Assembly (NCBI GenBank): GCA_022813865.1
Contig: JALDZX010000034.1
Span: 62,001-126,000 of the forward strand
Direction of reading: 5' to 3'
DNA from: Xylographa opegraphella
Lineage: Eukaryota
Length of the DNA: 64,000 bases
Part shown: one piece after another, positions 11,564 through 26,011 of the stretch
How the letters are laid out: each line of letters opens with the position of its first letter
How positions within the stretch are numbered: position 1 is the first letter of the stretch
The notes under the pieces: generated by a model
Database searches by the model: none
What the model was told of the DNA's origin: nothing
Seen by the model: only the letters and a program-made list of their open reading frames with translations
Program-made: the position numbers and the translations under genes

Positions 11564-14500
11564 ATGGTCGAGTCTCAAGTTGCATCGGTGCAGGAGGAAA
11601 GGCCGCTGAGGTGGAGAACAGTAGGAGAAAGCTTTGGGGATACGGAATCAACGCCTCTCACAGGTCATTTCCTCCCTCAACCCTGAGCGCTCTCCACCGT
11701 CTATCATAGTTATACTAACCACAAACAGCAGATATAGACAGATATCACAGATACCATAGCCATGAGCTCTTAGGTTCAAGAGTCGTCGAGAGCTACGAGA
11801 CAGAACCCTGCTGGCAGAATGTTCTTGACATGAAGCAAGTGTCTTGGCTGGCTGAGCACGTTCTTCTGACCCAGGTAGTATTTCCAGCCGCCGGCTACAT
11901 AGCAATGGCCGGAGAGTCGATGCGACAATTATCAAATGGAAATCTGGATTCCTATACCATCAGGGATTTCTCGATCACCTCTGCTCTGCTCATAAAACCT
12001 GACCAGAAGCTAAAACTTCATACCAGTCTTCGGCCAGTGAAGGTGGTTGGAGATACGCGTCAGTGGTATGAGACTCGAATCACATCTCACGATGGAAGCC
12101 ATTGGGAAGAGCGATGTGTTAGCAAAGTGTCCCCGTGCAGTGCGGCGAATTCGAATGCGTTCGATCTCCCACATCCAATGAATACCCTTCAAAGACATGT
12201 AGCGCCTGCTTATTGGTACGATGTATTAGAAAGCAGTGGTATCAAATACGGTCCAGCATTTCGAGGTCTCGACGAAATCTCGACTGCCCTGACGAAGCAG
12301 GAAGCGGTTGCCACGATTTCTCCATTTGAAGATGCGAAAAAGTACATTCTGCATCCAGTTACAATAGACCAATGCTTGCAGATTCTAATGGTTGCGGCCT
12401 GTAAAGGACAAGGCCGGCTACTAACAGAACTCTCTACTGTAGCGGCCATTGAGCACCTCGTCGTCCTCGGTTGCGGACAAGCGAAATTGAAAGTTCGAGG
12501 AGTGACTGCGCAGAGTAGATCGGGTGGTCTGATAGGCGATGTATCAGTTGTGTCTGAAGACGGATATCCGGTACTCTCGATAAGGCGGTGCGAAACCACA
12601 CTGGTGCTCAACGACAGACCAAAGTCCGAAGACAAGCTTCTTTCGTTTGTTAAGTGGGATACTGACGCTACCTACTGTAATCTCAATCGAGCACTTGCGC
12701 CTACTCACTCCCAGCCGAAGCCCTCCATTATACTTGATATACTAAAGCTCATCGCTCATAAAAACCCCAAACTCAGAATTCTCGAGTTAGCAAACGGCGC
12801 CAATGAGACTACACACCTAATTTTGAGTGCTCTCAAATCACAATATGGCGAGCGTCAATTTCTGAATTATACTTACGCCGCAACATCTTTCGACGCCGCA
12901 TTCAGGGCAAAGGCGGCATTCAAGGGTATTCATGATATCAATGTTGTGTTTTTTGACATCGAACAAAAGTTGCAGAGCCACATCCTTCAAGCTGGAGCCT
13001 ACGATCTCATCATCACTACAGATGTATGTCTACTCGACCTTGGCACTTGAGCTTCGTTAACTTCTAAGCAGTTCATTTCCTCGGCGAGAGACAGTTTAAC
13101 AGCTTACGTAGACTGCTTAAGAAACCTTATCCACCCCCTTGGACAACTGGTTCTGTTAGACACTCTCTCTGGTTTGAGTACATCGAATGATACAGGTTTC
13201 AGCAGCGAGGTGCAAACTGCGCTCCTCGAAAGTCATTTTGTATTTGACTCCGGAAATGACGGCTCTTCAGCGAGTCCCAAAGTCATTGCAGAGCTTGGGA
13301 GGCCCCCTAAACACCCAAAGAAATTAACACTTGTGGTTCCAGACGGGAATCATCCCCTGATCAATGCGGTCCAAACCTCTCTCCATGATAACGGCATCGG
13401 TTGTGACACCTGTACATTCGATAGCAACATACCCCAAGGTCAAGATATAATATTGATCGTAGACTTTGGCGAACCATACTTGTACAATATTACGGAAGCC
13501 AGATTTCGCGAATTCGCCATCCGTTTCTCTGGTTTCAAAGGCTCTATGATATGGGTCACTCCCAATGCTCAAACATCTTGCAAAAACCCAAATTCATCCA
13601 TGACCCTTGGTATGACAAGAACTTTGAGAGCAGAACTGAGAAAGGATATCACGGTAGTGGAAATTGATGTTGACGCTACAACATTCTTCAGCTCGAGTAG
13701 ATCGCTCGTGAAGATTTATCAAAGTCTCAGTCTTCGGTCAAAAAGCAAACTTGTTGATCCAGATTATGAGTATGCAATCGTTGATGGAGATATAAAAATA
13801 CCTAGAATTCATTGGACAACCGGAAAGAATGAAGTTTCGGAATGCGTTGGTGAGTTAACAACAGCTGAGAGGGGCTCGTCAAGCCTTCAATCCTCCAATG
13901 ATAATTCACCGAGGTCTATTCACTTTCGTTCAGATGCCTGCTATCTCTTGGTTGGAGGGCTTGGAGGTCTTGGTCGAATGATATCAACATGGATGGTGGA
14001 GAATGGTGCTCGCAACATTTTGTTCTTGTCTCGGTCCGCCAAAGAAGGTCCGGAAACCACACCTTTCTTTGATGAACTTCGAGCTCGAGGATGTGAGATA
14101 TTCACTTTTGTGGGGAGCGTGACCAACCTATTGGATGTTGAAGCTGCCATAAAGCAAGCCAATAAGCCAGTGGCTGGCATCATGCAGATGTCAGCAGTTA
14201 TGAGGGTCTGTATGATTGCATTCATTCAAGCATACGCTAACTGTTCCAGGATAATTGGATGTCGCACATGACATTCGCCGAGTGGGATCAGTGCATCCGG
14301 CCGAAAGTTCACGGCACGTGGAACCTCCATCAGGCTACCGCCTCTGCGAGCTTGGACTTCTTCCTCCTCTTTTCCTCCATATGCGGAATGTCAGGCCAGT
14401 GGGGACAGGCCAACTACAACTCAGCGAACGCATTCCTGGACGCTTTCGTCAACTATCGCCACGGCCAAAACCTCCCCGCTTCTGTCGTCGACATTGGCTT

Positions 14501-14837
14501 TATGGGATGCGTTGGCATGGCAGTGGAGAACCGAGCACTGGTCGAGAAGCTTACAGCGGGTGGATATCTTTTCCTCGGCGAGCAAGACCTCATCGATGCG
14601 TTGACCATCGCGATCGCGTACTCCCGTCCTGGGAAGGACCCTTCCATGAACAAGAGCCAGGTTGGTCTTGGGTTCCGGTCCACCAAACCCATCACCGACC
14701 CCTCGACTCGGGTTGTGTGGAAAAAAGACGCTCGGATGGCGATCTCACATCAGTTTGGGTCTTTGGGCATCATCACGGATGATGAAGCGAGGGAATCTCT
14801 GAGAATGGCGTTTGAAGTTCGGAAAGGCTCAGTCTAG
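11564..14837 (+). CDS. terB: Stand-alone PKS-derived reductive protein DH-pseudo-methyltransferase-KR lacking KS, AT, ER and ACP (TerB-like), ~1038 aa, 4 exons
   Basis: Exons 11564-11663, 11729-13023, 13072-14205, 14250-14837 splice in frame. DH: HELLGSR...WLAEHVLLTQVVFPAAGY and HPVTIDQCLQ. Degenerate SAM motif RILELANGANE. KR: VGGLGGLG and GQANYNSAN. Divergent from the NR-PKS. The symbol is inferred from architecture. Confidence 0.88.
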
Positions 14838-15854
14838 GAAAGTTCGGCACGGTGAAAAGTTCTGTCTGCGGATTCGAACATGGTCGTGTCACAGTAAATG
14901 TGACTCGAACGGCTGGTTTTTGGTGGGTGTTGGTAAGAATCCTTTTATTTGGAGTGTGCTAGGCCCAAGGCCACATATGACTACGTATAGGTAGAGAACC
15001 GAGACGAAAAAGGCCAAGTATCCAAGTACTCGTTGACAAATGCATTGGTGTGGGAACTTGTGTAGTGACTCCTCAGAGACTATCTACAGTAGTGATCACA
15101 AGGCTACTTTTCTACGATTGAACCTTCCATAAATTTATTCCCTGGAAACTCTATTACTCCTTTCCACTGAAGCCTTTCGGTATGAAGGAATTATAGGCGC
15201 GATGCGTTCCACCGCCACTGCCAAGCCGAGTCCGCATAAGCGCCGGACCCCATGATGAATCATACTGACACTGCGCGTATTATCTAGTATCGGGCTGAAG
15301 CATTGTTCAGCCTCGGCTGGACCCTGGCTCGCACGCTTTCGCAAATTATCCAGTACGACAGTGGGACATCCGAAGGAAAGAATGCCGAATCGACACGTCG
15401 GCGACGAACCTTCTCCACGATAGCAAAAGACACAACCATCCCTTCCACCGAACCGTTACTCCGGCCGTCCTTGATCCGGGGGTTTTGCTCGGTTCATGAG
15501 ATAAGCAGCCCCTTGCACTCCGAAATGCCGTTCGTTACAATGGGCGACTTTACCGATATCCGAGACTGCTTGAAACGGGCTTACTGACCGGAGGAAGGGC
15601 ACGATAACCGTTGCTCCGAGTCGGCCACTCATGATGGAGGCGTCCGCCATGGGCTGTCGGAGACGCACCTCGTCAGGTTACACCCGAGGTCGTGAGAGGG
15701 GCATGGATCGGCGAGGGGTGGTTGGACGAGAGGAAGTCATCTCACTTGCGTCTCCCTCTGATGTCAGACGCCCACACAAAAGCAAACCAAGGGTTGTGTA
15801 TGGAACGAGCCGTTTCAGCCCAGCAATCTGTGCTCCGGTCTTCGACGCGCAGAA

Positions 15855-17955
15855 ATGCCTAGCAGAGTCGACGTCTTCATCTGTGGCAGCGGCTCCGCCG
15901 GCCTGAGCGCCGCGACCTGGCTGGCACGGTGTGGGATCCGTTGCAGGATCGTTGAGGCCCGCGCGGGGCCGCTGGAGGTTGGGCAGGCCGATGGCGCGCA
16001 GGTGCGGTCGGTGGAGATCTTCGAGGCCTTTGGCATCGTGGACGAGTTGCTGAGAGCCGGCTCTCACAACGTGGAGGTAACGTTTTGGAACCCAGGGCGG
16101 GAGGGAGGCGGCGTGGTGAGGACGAGGAGCGCCGCGGCGACGCATCCGGGGCTGTCGCATCTGCCTCGTGTGATCTTGAGCCAGGCGAGGTTCAACGGCA
16201 TGATGTTGGAGGCGATGAAGAGGTTCAACGGACAGGAAGTGGACTATGGGTACAGAGTTCTGGAGGTGACGGTGGATGAAAAGCAGGCAAAGGACCCGGA
16301 TGCGTATCCAGTAACCGTGGTGGCAGAAAAGGATGGAAAGGAAGAGATATTCGAGGCGAAATATGCCCTGGTAGAACCCCCCACAGATTGGGTAGTCGAT
16401 CGTGATCGCTCAACCGTCGAGTAACTGTCTCTCTAGGGCTGCGATGGTGCACACAGTGCTGTTCGACGGTCGCTTGGCTTCAAAATGATAGGGGATACCT
16501 CTAATTCGATATGGGGTGTCATGGACATTTACCCGCGGACCAACTTTCCAGACATCAGAAAACAGGTTGTTTTGCAGTCCGAGTACGGTAGTATGGTTCT
16601 CATACCTCGAGAAGGGGGTTCTCTGAATCGATTTTACATCGAGCTTCCCCCAGGGACCGTGGCAGCCAAGGTGAAGTTAGAACACATCCAGGCAGCGACC
16701 CGTCAGATCTTCCATCCCTATCAGATGGAGTTCGTAGAGACGATCTGGTGGTCGGCTTACTCTATAGCACAATGCCTTGCCGACCACTTTTCGAAAGCCG
16801 ATCGCGTATTTTTGACAGGAGATGCATGCCACACGCATTCTCCCAAGGCGGGCCAAGGCATGAACGTCAGTTTGCAAGATGGGTACAACATCGGTTGGAA
16901 GCTTGCTACGATCCTGAAAGGACAGGCAAGGCCAGAGCTACTGAGAACTTACATCACCGAGCGGCAGAGGGTAGCTGAGATCCTGATCAACTGGGACAAA
17001 GTATGGACCAAGCAAATGGCCTCGGTGGGTAAGGAGGCAGGGGGTGTCCTTGACGCTGACGGCAACATCGACTTCAGCGAGATCTTCGTCAAAGCTGAGG
17101 CTTTCACAGCTGGTCTTACGGTCACATACGATGATTCTTCCATAACTCGCGCCAAGGGAAGCAGCCAAGAACTCGCGACAAATCTCACGGTTGGGATGCG
17201 ATTTCCGAGTGTGCAGGTGGTCCGATTCTGCGATGCATTCACCATGCAACTCGTCAAGGCTTTACCTTCCGACGGACGATGGCGTATTGTGGTATTTGCG
17301 GGAGATATCCGTCAGGCGGCGGCTGCTAGAAAACTCAATGAGGTGAGCTATACTTGAAACCATTGACTCCAGTACTAATGTACCAGCTTGGCGACGCCCT
17401 CTTCTCAGACGGCGGTCTTGTTCAGAGATATCTACCTCCCGGCGCCGAAATCGACAGCTTCATCGAAGCGATCGTGGTCCTCTCCGGAGATCGCTTTAAA
17501 ATCGATCAGGAGCAAATACCCCCATGTTTCCGGCCTGTGAAGGGCAAGTGGCGAATGAGAGGTAGGCTTGACTTCAAATCACCTGTTGAGCCTTCTAACG
17601 ACGCGTTCAGACTTGAACAAAATCTACATTGACGACGAAAGCTACCACAGTGGGCACGGACACGCATACGAGTTCTACGGCATTCAGCCTGAGAAAGGCG
17701 CAGTCGCGATCATCCGTCCAGATAACTGTGAGTGCCATTTCCGTATTGCTTTGGGCGTACTAAGTGGAGGCAGATGTTTCAATGGTGCTGGGCATGGAGA
17801 ACCATGAAGCCATCAGTGATTTCTTTGGGGATTTTGCTCTGGAAGGCAGAGAGCACCGTCATCCATCGCCAGTGCAGTCGACCGCCCAACTCGTGCCGCT
17901 GTATACCTCGAAGCCGAGCGAAGTCCTGCGCTCTGAGCTGCGGGTCCCAAGCTAG
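15855..17955 (+). CDS. Phenol 2-monooxygenase-type FAD monooxygenase (PheA/TfdB family, TerD-like), 5 exons
   Basis: Motifs DVFICGSGSAG, GQADG, GCDGAHSAVR, VFLTGDACHTHSPKAGQGMNVSLQDGYNIGWKL, and a C-terminal thioredoxin-like domain (DGRWRIVVFAG, AIIRPD). Introns near 16370-16436, 17344-17386, 17562-17611 and 17728-17773. Confidence 0.92.
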
Positions 17956-19161
17956 TCGTAGGACCTAAGCGCGCCGCTAAGGATATAACCTGGTGCAGCT
18001 GCAAGTTGGGAGAACGATTGTAGCAATGAAACTGGACAAGGCAGTCTTGGACTTGCTGGCTCTGAGTGAATTCTATCTGTGACAACTTTAAATGCTCCGG
18101 ACGCTTCGACCGCCTCTATGATAGAGAAGAGATATGTGCGAATACGAAATCGTTGACCGAACGTCCACCAGGAAAATCTTGACAAGGAGTGAACACGCCC
18201 ATAGAAAACTCTAGTATTCATATATCTCGAATGTAGAGAGACGTGTAAACCACAGGACTAAGCATTCGCACCGCACTGATTCCAGCATGCTCCTCAAAGA
18301 CAGCAGCTCCGCCGCAACCGCTCACAGCCGTAAGCGCCGCCTCCATGGGAAGAACCATGCTCCTCCCGCTTCCTAGAAGACGTACCCGGACGGTCACCCC
18401 AATCCAGACTGACAGCCGGTTCGGCTACGATATGCTCGGGGCTGGGACTCGGAAGCTCGGCATATCTTCCTTTCGTATCTTCTCATCCGACGGCTTTGGA
18501 TAACTCACGGAGAAGGCTACGATCTTCGGACTCGTCTGCGCTGATTGCATCGATCGGAGACGGGTCGTATCAGGTAGGTGTGAGGGTGGTACCACGTATC
18601 AGGGCGGTGGCGCTTGGCTGTAGCAAATGATATGCGAATCATACTGTGTATAGGAAACAGGCTCGTGATGTCGGGTATTCTTCCTTGTTCGATGCTAACA
18701 GCTCATGGCCATGGTGAAGCTGGGAGAGCTATGGTCGCGGTTAGGGTTGCATGAGATATCGCTTTCGCATTTGTTAGCATGTCACTTGGTACGGAAGCAT
18801 GATAACCCATCTGGCAGGTAGCATCGAATGCATGAAACCCGTCAATACTCCAGATAGTGATACCGATCGTCACGAATTATCAGCTAACGATGCACAAGTT
18901 GTCTTCGTAGGATATCAGAGATGATCATGTATCAGGTAGCCATGAATTGAGCGTCAGAGAATCCTCGGGTGGAGCATCCGGACAACAAAAGTCGAGATCT
19001 GTGAGTGCTCTACCGCAACCGACTTCGGACTAGCTTTTCCGAGCTGGTGATACAGAAGGTGATAAATGCGGCATCGTCCTTTTCCAACGACGCTTGACTC
19101 TCCACTTGCGTTGCCAGTACAATTAATCACGATTCATTCGAAATTTTTAACGACACTCTAG

Positions 19162-21279
<2,118 letters not shown>

Positions 21280-21870
21280 GCGGATGATGGCACGGACGGG
21301 GGATTGCCGTGAAACAATGCTATCGTTCACATGCACTTGCATGTCTTCCAATCCTTGAGTCCATATGTTCTTAGTATTCTAGACTAGATCGGCTTTTTGG
21401 AACTATGATACAGGTTTCACATTGAAACGTTGTTTGTGCTGCGGTATTCTCGTAGATGCTCTTGAAGTAGCCCTCATCATAGTTCTTGCTTGATGGAGAT
21501 ATCAGACCATTTGAAGAGTCAATGAAAGTCCTAAAATTCCCATGAGCAGACCCACTGGGTCGCTGCGTCATATGACTTTCCAACTGAAAAGTGTGATCTT
21601 GGCAACACGATTGTACGGCCTTTAGATGACCCCAGACAACCATCTCTCCCAAGGAACTCGGCAACTGGCAGTGGACCTGTCATACAGCCGAATTCCGAAC
21701 TAAGTCAATCGGCCCGGTGGAATTGGCTGTATTCTCCAGCTCTTACATTCCACGCAGATACTTATACCACCAGAACCGTGGGACTCGTCTTTGCACTGAC
21801 AGCTACTATTCACTGACGTATCAACTGATATTTGGACATTCTTGCAATCCCTGTACTTGGCTCTCACACC

Positions 21871-22334
21871 ATGGCTCAGAAATTCGAGTTCCTGTTCATC
21901 TTGCCCGATGGTCCGACTGGTGCTGAGTTTCGCGAAGCAATGACGGCGTAAGCATCAATGTAGTCGTGCAATATTGATACTTTCTTACTTGCCTCAGGCC
22001 CCACGAAGACTTTGTTGGGCAAACACAAGAATACTGGCTAGCTGCAGGTAGTACGAGTTGGTCTCATCGAAAAACAGCACACTGATACGGCTTGAGTAAA
22101 GGTCCAACATATAAAAGACATAAAGCAGGGACAACCCCTATAGAACAGGGCAGCTGGGTCTTGCTGCAGGCAACGAGTCAGTCCGAAGCTTTTGAGCTTC
22201 TTCAGCGCGACCCATTCACAACGGGCAAGGTTTGGGACTGGAATAACGCACAAGTCCTTTGCGTTAGAAGCGGGCTTAGGGTGCCCTTTGTCAAGGACTC
22301 GGTGCAGAAAGCTTTGGAAAAGGGAAGAAGTTGA
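21871..22334 (+). CDS. YCII-related (YciI, dimeric alpha-beta barrel) protein, ~119 aa, 3 exons
   Basis: Exons 21871-21947, 21998-22047, 22102-22334 give MAQKFEFLFILPDGPTGAEFREAMTAPHEDFV...WLAAGP...GSWVLLQATSQSEAFELLQRDPFTTGKVWDW. This matches the YCII pattern (D..R..H, GP, GS, DPF...GxVW). Confidence 0.8.
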
Positions 22335-23650
22335 GAAGTGAGGACCAAGAGTATGGATTAGTCCACATGCATAGAGAGCTTTGGACTGTCGCGGCTGAGA
22401 TCGAAGCTGCCAGTAAGCCAAACAGTACAGCGTCGAGCCTCCACAACGAGTATTATTCTGACGTGCATTGTGTACGGCATTAATCCTAGGATCGAGGACC
22501 GGATGATAAATGGCGAGTGTATATCGTAAATAAATACCAGTTATATTTCAGTCTCTACTCTCACCCATATTTTTCTCAGCGACTGTCCAGCAATGAATCG
22601 GTTCCATAGTCTCTTTTGAAGCGGACTTTGTGTACCCGAAGCCATGACAACTGATTATGTATTCTTTTCAAAGTCGCCGAGCTATCGAGCTTGTCCACAG
22701 CGACGAGGTAGTAGAATCTAGGTCGAACATTTGGTATTGTAGTCTTGACGCAGTCATAAGGCGGATGGTAGATATTAGTAGACGTAGCGAGTATATTTTG
22801 TACATTTGAGTGCTTATTGCATAGGCATCAAAAGCGCGTAGTACATTGGCGACGAAGAGTATTCAATAGCACCCGGCAACCAGCTTCGATACAAGTATGT
22901 GGGCTCCAGTCAATTATCCAGCCTTCGAATCGACCAGTAAGAACTTTCATCCTCCGTTATCCGAAGACATCGTTTCGATTATGCAGATGAGACTCCAGCC
23001 CGTCGTCCACAAAGACCCCAACTGTCTGCGTCGGATGCTCAGGGTCCATTACTGCGAGAGGCTGGGAGAGCAAAGGGCAGTACTAAAGACGTGGAATAGG
23101 GATGATTGTTCTGAGGCACTCAAGGTGAAGGCAAAGTAATGTTGATGCTGGATTCAACGGTCGGCAGTCGCGGCAGTCGCGGCTCTCGTTGGCCGCGCTA
23201 TCTTCCGATTAGTGCCCTCGCTTAATAGAATCGGAAGATTGATCCCGTTGAAGATCGATGTAACGTCAAACCATACAACCCATTAGTTTTGAGCGATCTG
23301 AGTAACCGATGGGCATATTAGTGTTGCCCTAGCATTCAGATCAGTACCCGGAGAGGGTATGTCCGGATCTCACTGGTCGGTTATGGCATACGCATATTGC
23401 AGTGCAAGTGTACATAACGAACACCACTACGAAAATTTACATGTGATTGGCACAGCAGAATGGGTATAAAATGTTCTTTCTTGATGTATATTGTCAAGAT
23501 AGAACAGCTAACGATAACGAGCAACTGGGTCAAAGGCGTTTCCCCTTAAGTACCTGGGTTCACGTTTATATATTCTATAATACTTCGCCTGAAAACTGTG
23601 CCACTTCTAAATTTCGATCACGGCAGGTTGCATAGCTCGATATCAACGAG

Positions 23651-25060
23651 TCAACGCTTTTTGGCCTCGATCACCGCTTCGGATACCCCGTCTGTTTGCC
23701 AGATTTTTTTGATGTCAAGTCCAATCGAATCGAGAAGAGATGTCCATTGACTTTCACTTCTTTCCATGCCAGATAGAAATGTTAACATCAATATATCTTC
23801 CGAGGCTCCAGCTAAAGGAGCACCAACGTCCGGAAGAACCCATTCGTCGATCAACAGGGATGACTCGGAGCTCATGGCTTCGACGGTATTACCTAGCAGT
23901 CGCCGGCAGTCCGCATCATCAAAATCGTGGCAGACAGACTTGAAAAAATACGCTCGAGCGCCTAAGCTAGATTAATGGATTGTAATGCGCCATCCCACCG
24001 CACGTGCTGTGACATACCTTTGATTTTTTGGGGAGTAAAGAAATCATATCCAACTCTCTCTACACCCTCCGAATGAGCAGGAGAAGCAATCAGTGTCTCT
24101 GGCAAGTCTTGAACAACGCAGCGACCTTTGATATGCGGATTCTTGTTTCTGAAACTCGCAGCGTCATAGCCGGTATTACCCCCCACATCAACCAACAGAG
24201 GTGGCTCGTGTGCTTCTTGAAAGCCTTTCACGTCAAGCTCCGTGGCTGCTGGATAGATCTCGTGCCACGGAAGCCGCAGCCCGGTCCGGCGTGCACCCAT
24301 GTAACCATCGAAAGCCCGTTTTAAATCGGGATCACCACGCATCATATCCCATTGATGCATCCCATGGGTCCATATAAAAGGACTCTTCTCGCCCTTGGTG
24401 TAGTCCGGGAATTGAGTGAAGCGGTTTTGTTTCCACAGGGAGATGATGTTGCTGGCTATGGGGAATGCGCATCTCACCCTATTGGAATGATCAGGTAAAA
24501 ACTCCTCAACAGGGCTTTGCTTCATACACCAGATGATATCCATCTATTTGCCCGGGTTGAGATAGCCATTTTGATACTGTGTTACTCCTATACCGACTTG
24601 GACCGACTTCATCAAACACGTTGATGGCGGTAAGAATTCTCATGAAGCGTACTTTGCTTGTTAGAAATTGTCCACCGCCACACTCTCAGATTGCTTACTA
24701 ATCAGCAAAGTCTCCGCTTTGGTCTTCTCTGCAAGCTCCTGCGCCGAAAGCGGTGTCTCGCCGCTCTCTACAAGGGCCTGCAGCACTCCAGACTCGATAG
24801 CGAGGAGAGTACTGATGTAATCTACTGGCTGTTTCTCACCCGTTAAGATCTGATCAGAGAAGGCAGGCAAGTATCAGATCTCGTACTTGAAGTCTGAGCC
24901 TCGCTACATAGTGTGCCGGACCCTCCACTGCAATTTGCAGGCGCTGAATGGCTTTCACGAATTCTCCTTGGGGGACCGAGCCGTGGCTGGCCTGCAGCTC
25001 AGCCAGTTCTGACACTCTCTTGGACAACGCCAAAAGGGAGTTCTGTCCTGCTTCGTCCAT
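23651..25060 (-). CDS. SAM-dependent O-methyltransferase (Methyltransf_2 / COMT-like), multi-exon
   Basis: Spliced frame is intact. Motifs LLVDVGGNTG, VVQDLP, YDFFTPQ, YFFKSVCHDFDD (catalytic His) and LLIDEWVLP, with an N-terminal dimerisation/wHTH segment (PLSAQELAEKT). Confidence 0.92.
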
Positions 25061-26011
25061 GGCTGCTCGCAGATCGGAATCGGGGCTGGATCACACTTGC
25101 GGCATCCAGAGATCAGCGATGAGGTGGTGTTGGCTCTTTAAATAAAGCTATCACAAATATCAGACCATCCCTGTCGGTGGCGGAGCGATCCCAGGCAATC
25201 ACAGCAGCCCATCCGGAGCGGCTCGGTAATGTCATGCAAGCCGAGCCTTGGTATGTGCCATTTATCAAACCGGAACTCTCGAAAGGTATCCAATAGCGGT
25301 AGAAGTTCTCAAAAGGCAAACCGACTTTCTCGCCGAACCGCAATGTTTGATATCCGAAATCCGAAGATCAACTCCTCAGCGAATCCGATCCGAGGTTTTA
25401 GTATCGCTAAGCTTAGATCTACCTCAGGTTACCATACTGGGACCTCTTGATGCTCATCTCGTCGCTGAGCCGTCCCACAAGAAGCCACCACTTCGTCCTC
25501 GTGCACCCATCGTTGTATCTCGGTTAGGACATCGCTATCGTGCTAACCGTGTGGAGCTAAGCGCGCGGGAACTTTAGGGTGCGACCCTGACTCTTGGCGC
25601 TGCTCCCGGAGCGCGGCTACTTTGCTGGCAGCGGCACGGAAGCAGGAAGCATCCTTCCCCGAGTTGTGACGGGACATTGGTTGTAAGGTGGTGCAAATGT
25701 GAAGGCTTTGTATAGCATCCAGACTGGACTACCTCCCTACAGTACAACATCATTGTATGGATGAACGTCATGGAAGGTGGAGCAGGTGTAACGATCCAAT
25801 CGGAGCTGTTGGAGAGCTTTGACATCCGAAGATATGATAAACAACCTGATACATGAACGGCAAACCCAAGAGCAGAATGTCTTCCAGCCATGGGACGTCC
25901 ACGCATACGCAAGACCACGTTAGCTTAATCCATTTCTCTACTTGCTCCAACCAGGAGCGCTTCAGCTAGATCCCCTCACCACAACACATCAAGTCGAATT
26001 CTGGCAAAGGC

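Noticed and set aside
11564..14837. HR-PKS pseudogene fragment
   Set aside because: The frame breaks in the ORF track are explained by canonical introns, and the spliced frame is open with intact KR catalytic residues.
25574..25950. Coding relic between the O-MT and the MFS
   Set aside because: Short overlapping ORFs with stops and no recognisable family motif.
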